A stretch of DNA of 64,000 bases from contig JABWAT010000001.1 of NCBI GenBank assembly GCA_013360915.1, positions 5,259-69,258 of the forward strand, given 5' to 3'. The translations under genes and the position numbers were made by a program. This document shows, in pieces, positions 39,901-48,982 of the stretch (its first letter is position 1; every line of letters begins with the position of its first letter). The notes under the pieces are model-generated. The model saw only the letters and a program-made list of their open reading frames with translations. It had not been told where the DNA came from and searched no databases. This DNA is from Bacteroidota bacterium. GTDB taxonomy: Bacteria > Bacteroidota > JABWAT01.

Positions 39901-42900
39901 TCATCATTGATACCAACCACTCTGTTTCCGTTGGTATCAAAGGCCAATACTCTTCCCCCTTGGTTTAGTGACGGGTTTGAATAGGAAGAATTCCACCAGT
40001 AAACCGGATTGACTTCAATTCCGTTAAACACAGGATGATCTGGTTCTGTTAAAGTGCTCAAGTCAATGGTACCGGAAACACTGGTTGTCGCCGACGGAAT
40101 AAAGGGCAGATATCCTGCATTCAGAATACCACCCTGAATGGACCAATTGGTTGACAATGCATAGGTGCTGACGATAAGCCCACCACCCTGATCCACATAG
40201 TCTTTAAGCACATCGCCAAGGGCGGTTGGATTGTTAAACGATCCATCAGACCACAATAAAATGGCATCATAGTCTTTTAACTGATCCAGGGTCACCGAAT
40301 TCGGATAGGCAAGAAAATCGATGTCTTCAGGAGCAATCAATCCGGTAGCGGTTATGGAATTCTTTGCATATTGCATATAAGTCTGGTTTTCGGCAGCCAT
40401 GAAGAGAAAACGGTTCCCGGATGAGGCTTTTTTCCGGTTCGACCCCATGACCCATTTTTCAATACCGTCACCCGCCGCCAGCCCGGATGCGGTTCCATCA
40501 ACCGCATTAAATACCGGTTCATGATACTGCTTACCCATGTCTTCAAGAACCGGTGGGGTAATGCTCCATGTAAGAGGTGCCAATCCTTCGTTCTTAATGG
40601 TAACTTCAACAATACTGGAATCACCAGGATACAGCTCAGCCTGTATGAAATCAGGATTAATCATAATTGCAGGTGTATAAAGTCCCAACCCTTCGAAAGC
40701 TACCTGATAGGAACCACTGTCAGGATCGTTGCTGAATAGGGTGAAGAGACCGGAGACCAACTGATCATCTGTTGGAATAAACCATGCATTCAGGACTGTA
40801 TCCTCATTTGCTTCCAGGTTAAAGGAGCCGGAAAACATGATTCCGGCCAATTCTGAATTGGAACCAACATCGGTCACAGAAAGTGTTTCTTCCCCTTCAT
40901 TGGAAATGGTTACCAATGCATAGGAAGTGTCTCCCACATAGGTGTTTGGAAAATATACCGTCGAAGGAGTCACTGTTATATCCGGATACCCGATCACATG
41001 AAGGCTGACTGTCAGCGTTTGCGATTCCATTTCAGGATCATTGCTGTAAATCCGGAATGTTGGAGAATAATTACCTGGCTGAAGTGAACCGGTCTTCAAT
41101 TTCAATTCCACGGTTTCACTTTCATCGGGTTCCAGAATTCCTGCCGTGGGATTCAGACTGAGAAGACCACTGTTTCCGCTGACATGCAACAACATGTTTG
41201 CAAACAGCCGATGAGTATTCAGATCCGAACTGCTCATAAACCCGGGAAATATCACTGCAGCCATGATGTTTTCTGAGTCATTGATACCAACCACCTTGTT
41301 TCCATTGGTATCGAAAGCAAGTACCCTTCCTCCAGTATTAAGAGAAGGATTTGAGTAATTCGAGTTAGACCAATAAGCGATATTGCTGGTGATTCCTGTG
41401 AAAACCGGGTGGTTGGGTTCTGAGATTGAACCTTCTGAAATGGTGCTGGAAACACTGGTCGTTGATGATGGAAGGAAAGGCAGATAACCGCCGTTCAGAA
41501 TTCCACCGGCAATGGCCCAGTTCGTTGTGAGCGCGTAGGTGCTGACAATGACCCCTCCGCCGATATCGGCATAGTTCTTCAGAACATCACCGATTAAAGT
41601 CGGATTTGAAAATGAACCATTGGACCATACCAGAACTGCGCTGTAGGGCACCAATTGTTCGATGGTCAGCGTGGACGGATTTGATAACAGATCGATCTGA
41701 TCTGACCCAATCAGTCCGGTGGCTGTAATATTTGATTTGGCATTTTCCATGTCTGTTTGGCTGTCAGCAGCAATAAACAGGTACTTTTCTGAAGCCATCG
41801 ATTTTGAGTTCCGGGCAGATCCGGAAATAAACATATCCGTTGGGCCTGCAGCAGAGAAACCGGAAGCGGTGGTCCCTGTGGCATCGGGAACCGGGAGTGG
41901 AATCGTTCTCCTTTTTTCAGAATTCAGATCATCCTGATCAATGCTCCAATGAAGCGTTCCGAGTCCGTTATTGGTGATGGTCACTTCAAATGTGGTAGAA
42001 TCACCTGAAAAGAGATCTGCAGAGAAGGAAGTTGGGTCAACGTTGAATACCGGGTTGTGGTATCCGAATCCAATCAGTTCAACCCCATATTCCGGACTTT
42101 TTGGATCATTGCTTATAATGGTCAAAGCTGCAGACACTTCCCCGGCAGTAAGCGGATCAAAGGTGATTGCAAGCTGAGCGGTGTCATCCGGAGGCAACAG
42201 GAAGGGCTCAAAGCTTTCCGGGATAAAAACATCGGGCAAGGAGCTGCTTGCCGAAGTCACAGAAAGTGTGTCAGTTCCGGCGTTCATCACATCCAGATAT
42301 AAAGTAAGCGTCTGCCCGACCAGAACTTCACCAAAATTAAGCAGACTGGTTCCTGTCTGAATATTGGGTACTCCGGGAATTTCCATGCTGACCGGGACGG
42401 AAACCGTCGGATTCATTGCATCATTGGTATAAATCTGAAGAGAACCCTCATAAAGTCCGGGTTGACGGGTTCCGGATTTGAATTTTACTTCGAAGTCATA
42501 TGAATCGCCAGGATTAATGGATCCTTCTTTAGTAAGTGCGCTGAACCAACCGGAAGCACCGCCAACCTGAAGCAGCGAATTGGCCAGAAGGCGGTAAGCT
42601 TTTGTATGGGTCTCACCGAGGAAGCCCGGATAAATAACAATACCCATCACATTGCCAGCCTGATTAATTCCAACGGCCCTGTTGCCATTGGTATCGGTGG
42701 CCAGCAGGATTCCATCTCCGTTCATGGCTGGGTTTGAGTGATTTCCGTTCACCGGGAAAGTGATGGTTCCTGTAATTCCTTCAAAAACAGGGTGCCCGGC
42801 ATTTTGCTGCAGGCTGAGATCGATCGTGCCAGACACACCCTGGGAGGGACCGGGGGTGAATGGAGATTTTCCGCTTTGAAGAATTCCACCGGCAATGGCC

Positions 42901-43538
42901 CAGTTATTTGTCAGGGCGAATGTGCTCAGCACCACTCCACCACCCATGTCTACATAGTCATTCAATGCATTTCCAATGGTGGTTGAATTACTGAATGAGT
43001 TATTGGACCAAACAAGAATGGCCGTGTAAGAACCAAGATCAGTTGCCGAAAGGGTCGAGGGCGGACTGGCAAGCAAATCGAACTGTTCAGTGGTAAAGAA
43101 GCCGGTTGCAACCAGATTGTTCCTCACCGTTTGGATAACAGACAGTCCATCTGAGGCCATTAACAAATAACGGGGGCCTGCAGACACACGGGCACCTGGT
43201 TTGAGACCAGATTCAAACTGGGTGGTTACCAATTCTGCCCCACCCCCTGTTGCCTTGACTCCGCTGTTGTACGTATCGCCCGACTGCCTGAGTAATTTAA
43301 ATGGCGCTTCGAGATTCCAATGAAGAGTGTCATCTCCATTATTGGTCATTTTAATGATTTCTGTGATGGAATCACCGGGAGAAAGAATAACACTCAGTGA
43401 AGTGGGTGTAATGCTGATCCCCGGGCCCTGAGCTTCTGATTTCCGCAGAATCTGGTCACCAGGGGCGGAGGCTGCAGACAGAAGAGGTAGCAGCAAAACA
43501 AGTACTGCACTTATGACTCGGTAAAATGGAGTTTTCAT
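36984..43538 (-). CDS. giant secreted multi-domain protein, T9SS cargo (2184 aa from the ATG at 43538)
   Basis: The signal peptide MKTPFYRVISAVLVLLLPLLSAASA begins at the internal ATG at 43538. The body holds four large repeats, Ig-like / choice-of-anchor-D-like domains and a type-A T9SS C-terminal domain. Confidence 0.85.
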   Translation of the reverse strand: MKTPFYRVISAVLVLLLPLLSAASAPGDQILRKSEAQGPGISITPTSLSVILSPGDSITEIIKMTNNGDDTLHWNLEAPFKLLRQSGDTYNSGVKATGGGAELVTTQFESGLKPGARVSAGPRYLLMASDGLSVIQTVRNNLVATGFFTTEQFDLLASPPSTLSATDLGSYTAILVWSNNSFSNSTTIGNALNDYVDMGGGVVLSTFALTNNWAIAGGILQSGKSPFTPGPSQGVSGTIDLSLQQNAGHPVFEGITGTITFPVNGNHSNPAMNGDGILLATDTNGNRAVGINQAGNVMGIVIYPGFLGETHTKAYRLLANSLLQVGGASGWFSALTKEGSINPGDSYDFEVKFKSGTRQPGLYEGSLQIYTNDAMNPTVSVPVSMEIPGVPNIQTGTSLLNFGEVLVGQTLTLYLDVMNAGTDTLSVTSASSSLPDVFIPESFEPFLLPPDDTAQLAITFDPLTAGEVSAALTIISNDPKSPEYGVELIGFGYHNPVFNVDPTSFSADLFSGDSTTFEVTITNNGLGTLHWSIDQDDLNSEKRRTIPLPVPDATGTTASGFSAAGPTDMFISGSARNSKSMASEKYLFIAADSQTDMENAKSNITATGLIGSDQIDLLSNPSTLTIEQLVPYSAVLVWSNGSFSNPTLIGDVLKNYADIGGGVIVSTYALTTNWAIAGGILNGGYLPFLPSSTTSVSSTISEGSISEPNHPVFTGITSNIAYWSNSNYSNPSLNTGGRVLAFDTNGNKVVGINDSENIMAAVIFPGFMSSSDLNTHRLFANMLLHVSGNSGLLSLNPTAGILEPDESETVELKLKTGSLQPGNYSPTFRIYSNDPEMESQTLTVSLHVIGYPDITVTPSTVYFPNTYVGDTSYALVTISNEGEETLSVTDVGSNSELAGIMFSGSFNLEANEDTVLNAWFIPTDDQLVSGLFTLFSNDPDSGSYQVAFEGLGLYTPAIMINPDFIQAELYPGDSSIVEVTIKNEGLAPLTWSITPPVLEDMGKQYHEPVFNAVDGTASGLAAGDGIEKWVMGSNRKKASSGNRFLFMAAENQTYMQYAKNSITATGLIAPEDIDFLAYPNSVTLDQLKDYDAILLWSDGSFNNPTALGDVLKDYVDQGGGLIVSTYALSTNWSIQGGILNAGYLPFIPSATTSVSGTIDLSTLTEPDHPVFNGIEVNPVYWWNSSYSNPSLNQGGRVLAFDTNGNRVVGINDDESVIAAVIFPGFLNQANEPAQRLFAHMLLHVAGGSGGRLSLEPASGEILPGESQVVNLKIKAGSQAGDYTSTLSIFSNDPENEVETITVDLHVLGGPVLSLNPTSFQFSQTKVGTINSASLTIKNEGDEPLQVTSVNSSSSVFQTSFTESFSLDPDSSKVLDVMFAPTEIGEFSGSLTILSNDEDFPEKTVSLSGIAFNPPVIKVMPDSLVFEMIAGETANKILTIQNTGGTDLLWSLNGPIQVLSRPGEPVPDGITATGQSPAGWRETFVSGLDSPKRQVSGKRYLLLAADSQSALENMRNNLVATSQFTSDQFDLLSSPSTLTVEQLTPYAGVFVWTNNNFSNPVAIGDALKAYVDQGGGVVISTYALSNNWKIQGGILAGGYLPFTPGPQQNVSGSLNMSTLPFPSHPIFSGLDGTPSYWWNSNYSNPELNAGGTLLASDGNGNRVIAVNPAGNVIGAVIYPGMSTSHNASTNRLFANMLLYVDDGGTTFTANPSSGTLSPEASQDITLTFTAGPSRTVHQSAIRVYSNDPSSELVEIPIKITVKVVGPVSFGLIAPANHAEVPGQNVVFSWQNALNPDENEVITYTIQIASDSEFSNILKTAEVTGLNHTFTDGLPDGTVYWRVTARDQTGRTRVSNPASRTLVVDGIAPAVTAWMLHSTDNALGNNLSLAYSYGTDLVGEPAVTATLSGETVNPKEHMLFDSGYRIYMTYFHDLDTGLFIFSVSGQDEAGNTGLAEKRLHILRLSPGGKHTVPLEDFKIQLEFPSGVVNTTSYLALDYADLDHKYAFDMDMKPVGGMVQFNRNLTFNKSVQISMSYAHQPEWKDERFVSAYQWNEETKEWNWLPGQGKNGKVTASINRTGTLALFYNENRPELPTEVVLSQNYPNPFNPTTVIPFSLPAETAVTIRVYNVMGQEVAVLMNNELKPAGFHTATWNGKTTEGVASSGVYFYQIIAGNVVKTLKMTLVK
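36987..37253 (-). other. Por/T9SS type-A C-terminal sorting domain
   Basis: VLSQNYPNPFNPTTVIPFSLP...VRVYNVMGQEVAVL...AGFHTATWNG...ASGVYFYQI...KTLKMTLVK is the canonical CTD pattern. Confidence 0.88.
38256..43418 (-). repeat. about 3.75 tandem copies of a ~457-aa (~1.37 kb) super-repeat inside the giant gene
   Basis: Unit starts are at about aa 70, 524, 984 and 1442 of the ORF-track protein. Each unit holds a short Ig-like domain (..TLHW.L), a ~200-aa alpha/beta module (RYLL.A.D...GGGV.(L/V/I)ST(F/Y)AL..NW.I.GGIL...HP(V/I)F.G...D.NGN(R/K)...PG(F/M)...RL(F/L)AN.LL) and an Ig-like domain. Units 1-3 also carry a choice-of-anchor-D-like domain. Confidence 0.8.
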
Positions 43539-43696
43539 GTTTCTCTTGTCTTTCGTATTGGTTAATAGGTGAAAACACTGCCTGATCATCGGGTGATCAG
43601 GCGGTTCTAATTTATCTCTAATCATAAAGTAGGTTCTTATTTACCTAAGAATCAAGATTGGCATGGAATAAGTTGACCTGCATCAAAGTGTATGGA

Positions 43697-44566
43697 TCAT
43701 TCACTTTTCAGGGAATCGATCAATTCATCAGCCAACAGCGGGTGGTCGGTAGCAAGAATCCGATAGCCTGAACTTAACAGACTCACCCAGGACTTCCGCC
43801 GGGTTGAATCTTGCAGAAGGTCTGCAGAACGGAAGGTGCCGATGATGGATGCAATGCCATTCCGATGCAGGGTATCGAGTAATTCTGCAGGTGGTTCCTC
43901 AAGTCCGGTAAATGCCATTACCTGCCCGACCGGAATCCCGGTTTGCCTGAACTGGTACCATTCGTCCAGGTTTCTGATCGTAACGGACAGATGCAGATCG
44001 GGGTTTTGCTGGTGAATATAAACCGCATCCTCACCACGGTAGGTAATTATCGTTGCACGATCCGCTGCACGATAATTTCCGAGTACCCTTAGGACTTGAT
44101 CAATGGGTACCGTTCGTTTGATATCAACGGCCAGGAGTGTACGGTCTTTTGCCCAAACAAGAACAGAATCGAATCTTGGAATCCTCAATCCGGTTTCAAA
44201 GCCCAGAGGATCAATCAGATTAACTGACTGAAGACTATCCCAGGTCCACGTGCTGATCAGCCCCTTTCCAGTCGATGTGCGGCCCAGAGTATCATCGTGA
44301 TAAAGGACCAGCACACTGTCGCTGGTCATGGCCACGTCACACTCAATCAGCATGAGTCCTGCCGATGATGAAACACGGAATGTTTCCAGCGCATTTTCCG
44401 GCAACCCTTTGGCGGGTCCTCCCCGGTGTGCACTTACGATGGGATATACGGGTGAATCTGCACTCAGTAACCGGTGAAGGTCGGCTGCCTGATCCGGAAA
44501 TCTATCATCAGTTCCCTGACAGGAGACCATTGAAAGAACCAGAAGAATGATTCCAACTGATTTCAT
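43697..44566 (-). CDS. glycerophosphodiester phosphodiesterase family lipoprotein
   Basis: Lipobox VLSMVSCQG and the GDPD motif VSAHRGGPAKGLPENALETF. This is the second GDPD paralogue in the window. Confidence 0.8.
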   Translation of the reverse strand: MKSVGIILLVLSMVSCQGTDDRFPDQAADLHRLLSADSPVYPIVSAHRGGPAKGLPENALETFRVSSSAGLMLIECDVAMTSDSVLVLYHDDTLGRTSTGKGLISTWTWDSLQSVNLIDPLGFETGLRIPRFDSVLVWAKDRTLLAVDIKRTVPIDQVLRVLGNYRAADRATIITYRGEDAVYIHQQNPDLHLSVTIRNLDEWYQFRQTGIPVGQVMAFTGLEEPPAELLDTLHRNGIASIIGTFRSADLLQDSTRRKSWVSLLSSGYRILATDHPLLADELIDSLKSE

Positions 44567-44615
44567 ATTATTCCTTTCTGTCGATTCCCATTCAGGAAGT
44601 TCCTACTTTTAATTT

Positions 44616-45563
44616 ATGTCTTCCAGTCTGATACCACTTTATATTTTTACCGGATTTCTCGGTGTTGGAAAAACATCGGCAATCCTTCATGCCCTCCGGC
44701 TTACTCCTCCTGGTCAGAAAACGGCCGTTGTAGTCAATGAATTTGGCGATATCAGTATAGATGGACCAACCATTTCCAGTGAAGGCCTTCCCTTTGCTGT
44801 TGCCGATGTTCCCGGCGGGTGTATCTGCTGTGCAGGAATGGAAATGCTGACTGAGCAACTTTCCTGGCTACTGAGGGAAAAAAAACCGGACCGGATTCTC
44901 ATTGAACCCAGCGGAATCGCCCGTCCATCGGATCTGCTAATCAAAATCCGGTCATCAGATCTTTCGTCCAAATTCGATTACAGACCGGTCATTGGCATTT
45001 TTGATCCTGAGTTGGTGGCTGATGACTCGATGCGGGATTCTCTGCTCTTCGATGATCAGGCCGGAATGGCCGATCTGATCTTTCTCAACCGGACTGATCT
45101 GTCATCATCAGATTCCATCGAATTTTCACTGAATTGGTTCAGGGACCATTACCCTGATCGACCTGAACCCGTTTCTGGGGTTCATGGCCAGTTCCCCTCT
45201 GACTGGCTGGAAAAAACCTTTGCGTCGACCTATCCGGTTAAGCACCAGTCCGGACACCATCCTGAGTCGCAGGTAAAAGGGCTGGGATGGTATTGGAATC
45301 AGGCGATTTTTGATGAACAGTCACTTTCAGAAGTATTTGAATCTCTGCTGGCCCACAGACAGACCAATGGCCTGATCAGGGCAAAAGGTATTTTTCTGAC
45401 ACCGGGCGGGCCGGTACTTTTTGAAATTGCGGGAAAAACAATGCATCGCCGTGCATCAGACTACCGTGTGGAAAACCGGGTTGAATTGCTGTTTTCCGCC
45501 CCTTCTATCGCTGATGAAGCCAGCCTGAAAGACCAATTCGATTCCTGCATCCGGCATGTCTGA
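44616..45563 (+). CDS. COG0523 / CobW-family G3E GTPase (putative metallochaperone)
   Basis: P-loop FTGFLGVGKTS, the metal motif GGCICCAG (CxCC), the ExSG motif (IEPSGIA) and NRTD. Confidence 0.85.
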   Translation: MSSSLIPLYIFTGFLGVGKTSAILHALRLTPPGQKTAVVVNEFGDISIDGPTISSEGLPFAVADVPGGCICCAGMEMLTEQLSWLLREKKPDRILIEPSGIARPSDLLIKIRSSDLSSKFDYRPVIGIFDPELVADDSMRDSLLFDDQAGMADLIFLNRTDLSSSDSIEFSLNWFRDHYPDRPEPVSGVHGQFPSDWLEKTFASTYPVKHQSGHHPESQVKGLGWYWNQAIFDEQSLSEVFESLLAHRQTNGLIRAKGIFLTPGGPVLFEIAGKTMHRRASDYRVENRVELLFSAPSIADEASLKDQFDSCIRHV

Positions 45564-46782
45564 TCAAAAGGGATTCTGGCGTTTTACCGTGCTTTTCCGG
45601 CAGCCGGTCCTGAGAGCGTATTTTTCGGGACAGCTGTTATCACTGACGGGAACCTGGATGCAGCGGGTTGCCGAATCCTGGCTGGCCTGGGAATTGACCC
45701 ATTCGGCCTGGATGCTTGGATTGGTGAGCTTCTGCGGATTGTTTCCTGGCATTTTCACCAATTTCCTGGCCGGTGCCCTCCTGGACCGGTTCAATAGGCG
45801 GCTGATTATTCTCACCACCCAATGGTTGCTTTCCATTCAAGCCCTCAATCTTGCCTTTCTCACGTGGCAGGATCTGATAACCGTCCCGCTTCTGATTATG
45901 CTGACCATCACCCAGGCGGTGATTTCGGGGGTGGATATGCCCGCCAGACAGTCCTTCCTGGTATATCTGACGAACCGGGAGTACCTGCCGCAAACCATCG
46001 CAATGAACTCGGTAACTGTCAATATCGGACGCATTGCCGGACCAGCCTTGTCGGCAGTGGTGATTCCCTGGTGGGGGCTTGAAGGGGCCTTCCTGCTGAA
46101 TGGTCTTTCCTTTATCTTCCTGATTGTGGTCATACACAGGCTCAACCTTTTATCAGAACAACAGGAAAAAGAACCCACGTCCTTTTTCAAATCGATCAGG
46201 GAAGGTCTGGTATATGTTTTCCGCCATCCGGTCATGGGTCCCTACCTGGTTCTGTTTGGTGCGTGTAATTTTCTGGCCATGTATTATGCATCCCTGCTTC
46301 CGGTTTTTTCTGATGAAAAATTTGGTGCAGGCTCACACGGACTTTCGATCATGCTGGTATCGGCTGGTGCCGGGGCCCTGGCAGGTGCTGTCTTTATTGG
46401 TGGCTGGGTCTCTTCGGATCGGGTGGCCACCGTTCTGCGATGGTCATCGCTCGTGCTGGCCCTTTCAGTGATAGGAATGGCGGCAGCACCCTTGTTACAC
46501 CTGGCTGTTATCGCCCTTTTCGCAGGTGGGTTTTCCATGATGCTCCAGATTTCGGGTACCAATATGCTCCTTCAGAATCAGACCACCGATGAGTACCGTG
46601 GTCGGGTGATGAGTCTGTACACTTTTACTTTCACATTGGGCACTCCGCTCGGGAATCTGTGGGCTGGTGCACTTGCAGAGGCTGCTTTTCCCGAACTTCC
46701 CTTCTATACAGGTGGTGTATTGTTGATTATCGTATTTTTTCATCTTAAATCGGCTCTGAAGAGGAGGACTCACCATGCTTGA
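45556..46782 (+). CDS. MFS transporter (EntS/MFS_3-like)
   Basis: About 12 TM segments. The N-terminus F(R)xxxxRxYFSGQLLSLTGTWMQRVA is typical of the enterobactin-exporter-like MFS_3 group. It overlaps the COG0523 gene by 8 nt. Confidence 0.75.
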   Translation: MSDQKGFWRFTVLFRQPVLRAYFSGQLLSLTGTWMQRVAESWLAWELTHSAWMLGLVSFCGLFPGIFTNFLAGALLDRFNRRLIILTTQWLLSIQALNLAFLTWQDLITVPLLIMLTITQAVISGVDMPARQSFLVYLTNREYLPQTIAMNSVTVNIGRIAGPALSAVVIPWWGLEGAFLLNGLSFIFLIVVIHRLNLLSEQQEKEPTSFFKSIREGLVYVFRHPVMGPYLVLFGACNFLAMYYASLLPVFSDEKFGAGSHGLSIMLVSAGAGALAGAVFIGGWVSSDRVATVLRWSSLVLALSVIGMAAAPLLHLAVIALFAGGFSMMLQISGTNMLLQNQTTDEYRGRVMSLYTFTFTLGTPLGNLWAGALAEAAFPELPFYTGGVLLIIVFFHLKSALKRRTHHA

Positions 46783-46966
46783 ACCCGAGGAATTCGAATT
46801 TTATGAATTGCTTCAGGCTTACAAAGACCGTTTTGGTGACTTCCCTCCCACTCACCATTTGCCCGAAAAGCAGGTCATGCTTCTTTTAAAAGAAGCCATC
46901 AGGGAAAATCAACCAATTACCACTGAATTTCTTGGAAGCAAAGGCTTAGGTGTTTCCGAATTCTAA
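46775..46966 (+). CDS. small acidic hypothetical protein (63 aa)
   Basis: The ATG overlaps the MFS stop (8-nt overlap), which suggests translational coupling. I recognise no motif. Confidence 0.4.
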   Translation: MLEPEEFEFYELLQAYKDRFGDFPPTHHLPEKQVMLLLKEAIRENQPITTEFLGSKGLGVSEF

Positions 46967-47090
46967 TGCCTATTTAACTGAACGTAATTCATCGGAATAA
47001 AAGACATTCGTATCTTTGTACTGTCTTTAGAAGTAATTGAAATTAAAGAACTTAGCGAGTAGACAAGTACCAATAAAGGAGTAAGGAGAT

Positions 47091-48926
47091 ATGCAAGTAC
47101 CATCCTACGTGAAAAACGAGAAACTCATTGAATGGGTTAAAGAAGTTGCTGCTTTAACCAAGCCTGACCAGGTTTACTGGTGCGATGGGTCTCAGGAAGA
47201 ATATGATCGTCTCTGCAACGAGATGGTCGAAAAAGGAACCTTCAAACGCCTGAACCCTGCAAAAAGACCAGGAAGTTTTCTTGCTTTCTCCGATCCGAGC
47301 GATGTGGCCCGTGTAGAAGACAAGACGTTTATCAATTCCATCCGTAAGACCGATGCCGGTCCCACCAACAATTGGGTTGAACCTTCAGAAATGAAGCAAA
47401 CCCTCAATAAATTATTTAATGGCTGTATGAAAGGTCGCACCCTGTATGTGATTCCTTTCAGCATGGGTCCGATCGGTTCCCCGATTTCTCATATCGGCGT
47501 TGAACTGTCTGACTCGGCCTATGTGGTTGTGAATATGCGGATTATGACCCGTATGGGCCGTTCAGTCGTGGAAGCACTTGGAAACCAGAATTTTGTAAAA
47601 GCACTTCATTCGGTTGGTGCTCCGCTTGAGCCAGGTCAGAAGGATGTTCCGTGGCCATGTAACCCAACAACCAAGTATATCTGTCACTTCCCCGAGGAAA
47701 GCACGATCATGTCTTACGGATCGGGTTACGGTGGAAATGCCTTGCTTGGCAAGAAATGTTTCGCACTCCGTATTGCCTCCACCATGGGCCGTGAACAAGG
47801 TTGGCTGGCCGAGCACATGCTGATTCTCGGTGTTGAAGATCCAAAGGGTGAAAAGACCTACGTTTCTGCTGCATTCCCCTCTGCCTGCGGAAAAACCAAC
47901 TTTGCGATGCTGATTCCGCCCAAAGAAATGAATGGCTGGAAAGTAACCACAGTCGGTGATGACATTGCCTGGCTGAAACCGGATGCAAACGGCACCCTGC
48001 GCGCCATTAATCCTGAAGCCGGATATTTCGGTGTGGCACCAGGTACCAACTATGATACCAATCCGAATGCCATGCGGACCATTGAAAAGAACACCATTTT
48101 CACCAATGTGGCCCTCACACCCGATGGCGATGTCTGGTGGGAAGGCATGTCAAAAGAAGTGCCGGATGGCCTCATTGACTGGACTGGAAAACCCTACGAC
48201 AAGGCTTCTGGTAAACCTGCTGCCCATGCCAATGCCCGGTTTACAGCTCCTGCTTCCCAATGCCCGTCCATCGACCCGAAATGGGAAGATCCGGCCGGTG
48301 TGCCTATCAGCGCCATCATCTTTGGCGGTCGTCGTGCATCTACCATTCCTCTGGTATACCAGGCATTTAACTGGAACTTTGGCGTTTACATGGCTGCTAC
48401 CATGGGTTCTGAAACCACTGCTGCTGCTTTCGGGCAACAAGGGGTGGTTCGCCGTGACCCGTTCGCCATGCTTCCCTTCATGGGTTATCATGCTGGTGAT
48501 TATTTCAATCACTGGCTGAATTTCGGACGGAAACTTCCTAATCCTCCGCGGATCTTTGGTGTAAACTGGTTCCGTAAGGATGAAAACGGAAAATTCCTGT
48601 GGCCCGGATTTGGTGAAAACATGCGGGTTCTCCGCTGGATCGTGGAACGCGTTCACGGACGTACCTATGCCATCGAAAGCCCGATCGGATGGGTTCCTAA
48701 ATATGAGGATATTGACTGGAACGGACTCAACTTCACCCGTGAAGATTTCAATAAAGTCATGGGAATCGATGCTGAACTCTGGAAACAGGAAATCGCCTCT
48801 CATGAAGAGCTCTTCATGAAACTCTATGATAAACTCCCGAAAGAGTTTACCTGGATGCGCGAACTCATGATGTCCAGTCTCTGGAGATCCCCTGCTCATT
48901 GGGAACTGGCTCCTGAACGTCACTGA
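47091..48926 (+). CDS. pckG: phosphoenolpyruvate carboxykinase (GTP)
   Basis: 611 aa with the kinase-1a motif FPSACGKTN and [18 protein letters not shown]. Two AAGGAG sites lie upstream. Confidence 0.95.
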   Translation: MQVPSYVKNEKLIEWVKEVAALTKPDQVYWCDGSQEEYDRLCNEMVEKGTFKRLNPAKRPGSFLAFSDPSDVARVEDKTFINSIRKTDAGPTNNWVEPSEMKQTLNKLFNGCMKGRTLYVIPFSMGPIGSPISHIGVELSDSAYVVVNMRIMTRMGRSVVEALGNQNFVKALHSVGAPLEPGQKDVPWPCNPTTKYICHFPEESTIMSYGSGYGGNALLGKKCFALRIASTMGREQGWLAEHMLILGVEDPKGEKTYVSAAFPSACGKTNFAMLIPPKEMNGWKVTTVGDDIAWLKPDANGTLRAINPEAGYFGVAPGTNYDTNPNAMRTIEKNTIFTNVALTPDGDVWWEGMSKEVPDGLIDWTGKPYDKASGKPAAHANARFTAPASQCPSIDPKWEDPAGVPISAIIFGGRRASTIPLVYQAFNWNFGVYMAATMGSETTAAAFGQQGVVRRDPFAMLPFMGYHAGDYFNHWLNFGRKLPNPPRIFGVNWFRKDENGKFLWPGFGENMRVLRWIVERVHGRTYAIESPIGWVPKYEDIDWNGLNFTREDFNKVMGIDAELWKQEIASHEELFMKLYDKLPKEFTWMRELMMSSLWRSPAHWELAPERH

Positions 48927-48941
48927 TCAGATCAATGACAT

Positions 48942-48972
48942 AAAAGCCCGGTAAATGCCGGGCTTTTTTTTT
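48942..48972 (+). terminator. intrinsic terminator after pckG
   Basis: AGCCCGG-TAAATG-CCGGGCT followed by a run of 9 T. Confidence 0.78.
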
Positions 48973-48982
48973 ATCTTTCAGT

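Noticed and set aside
43539-43625. A 29-codon extension upstream of the giant T9SS gene's signal peptide.
   Set aside because: The ATG at 43538 immediately precedes a canonical signal peptide (MKTPFYRVISAVLVLLLPLLSAASA). The extension has no secretion logic.
45640-46562. Several 90-165-aa ORFs on both strands inside the MFS transporter gene.
   Set aside because: They lie inside a gene with a coherent 12-TM profile. Their translations are Gly/Arg/Pro-rich, as expected for off-frame reading.
47983-48923. ORFs 47983-48519 (+, 178 aa) and 48150-48923 (-, 257 aa) inside pckG.
   Set aside because: They are alternative-frame or antisense ORFs within a very well-conserved PEP carboxykinase gene, with low-complexity, Pro/Arg-rich translations.
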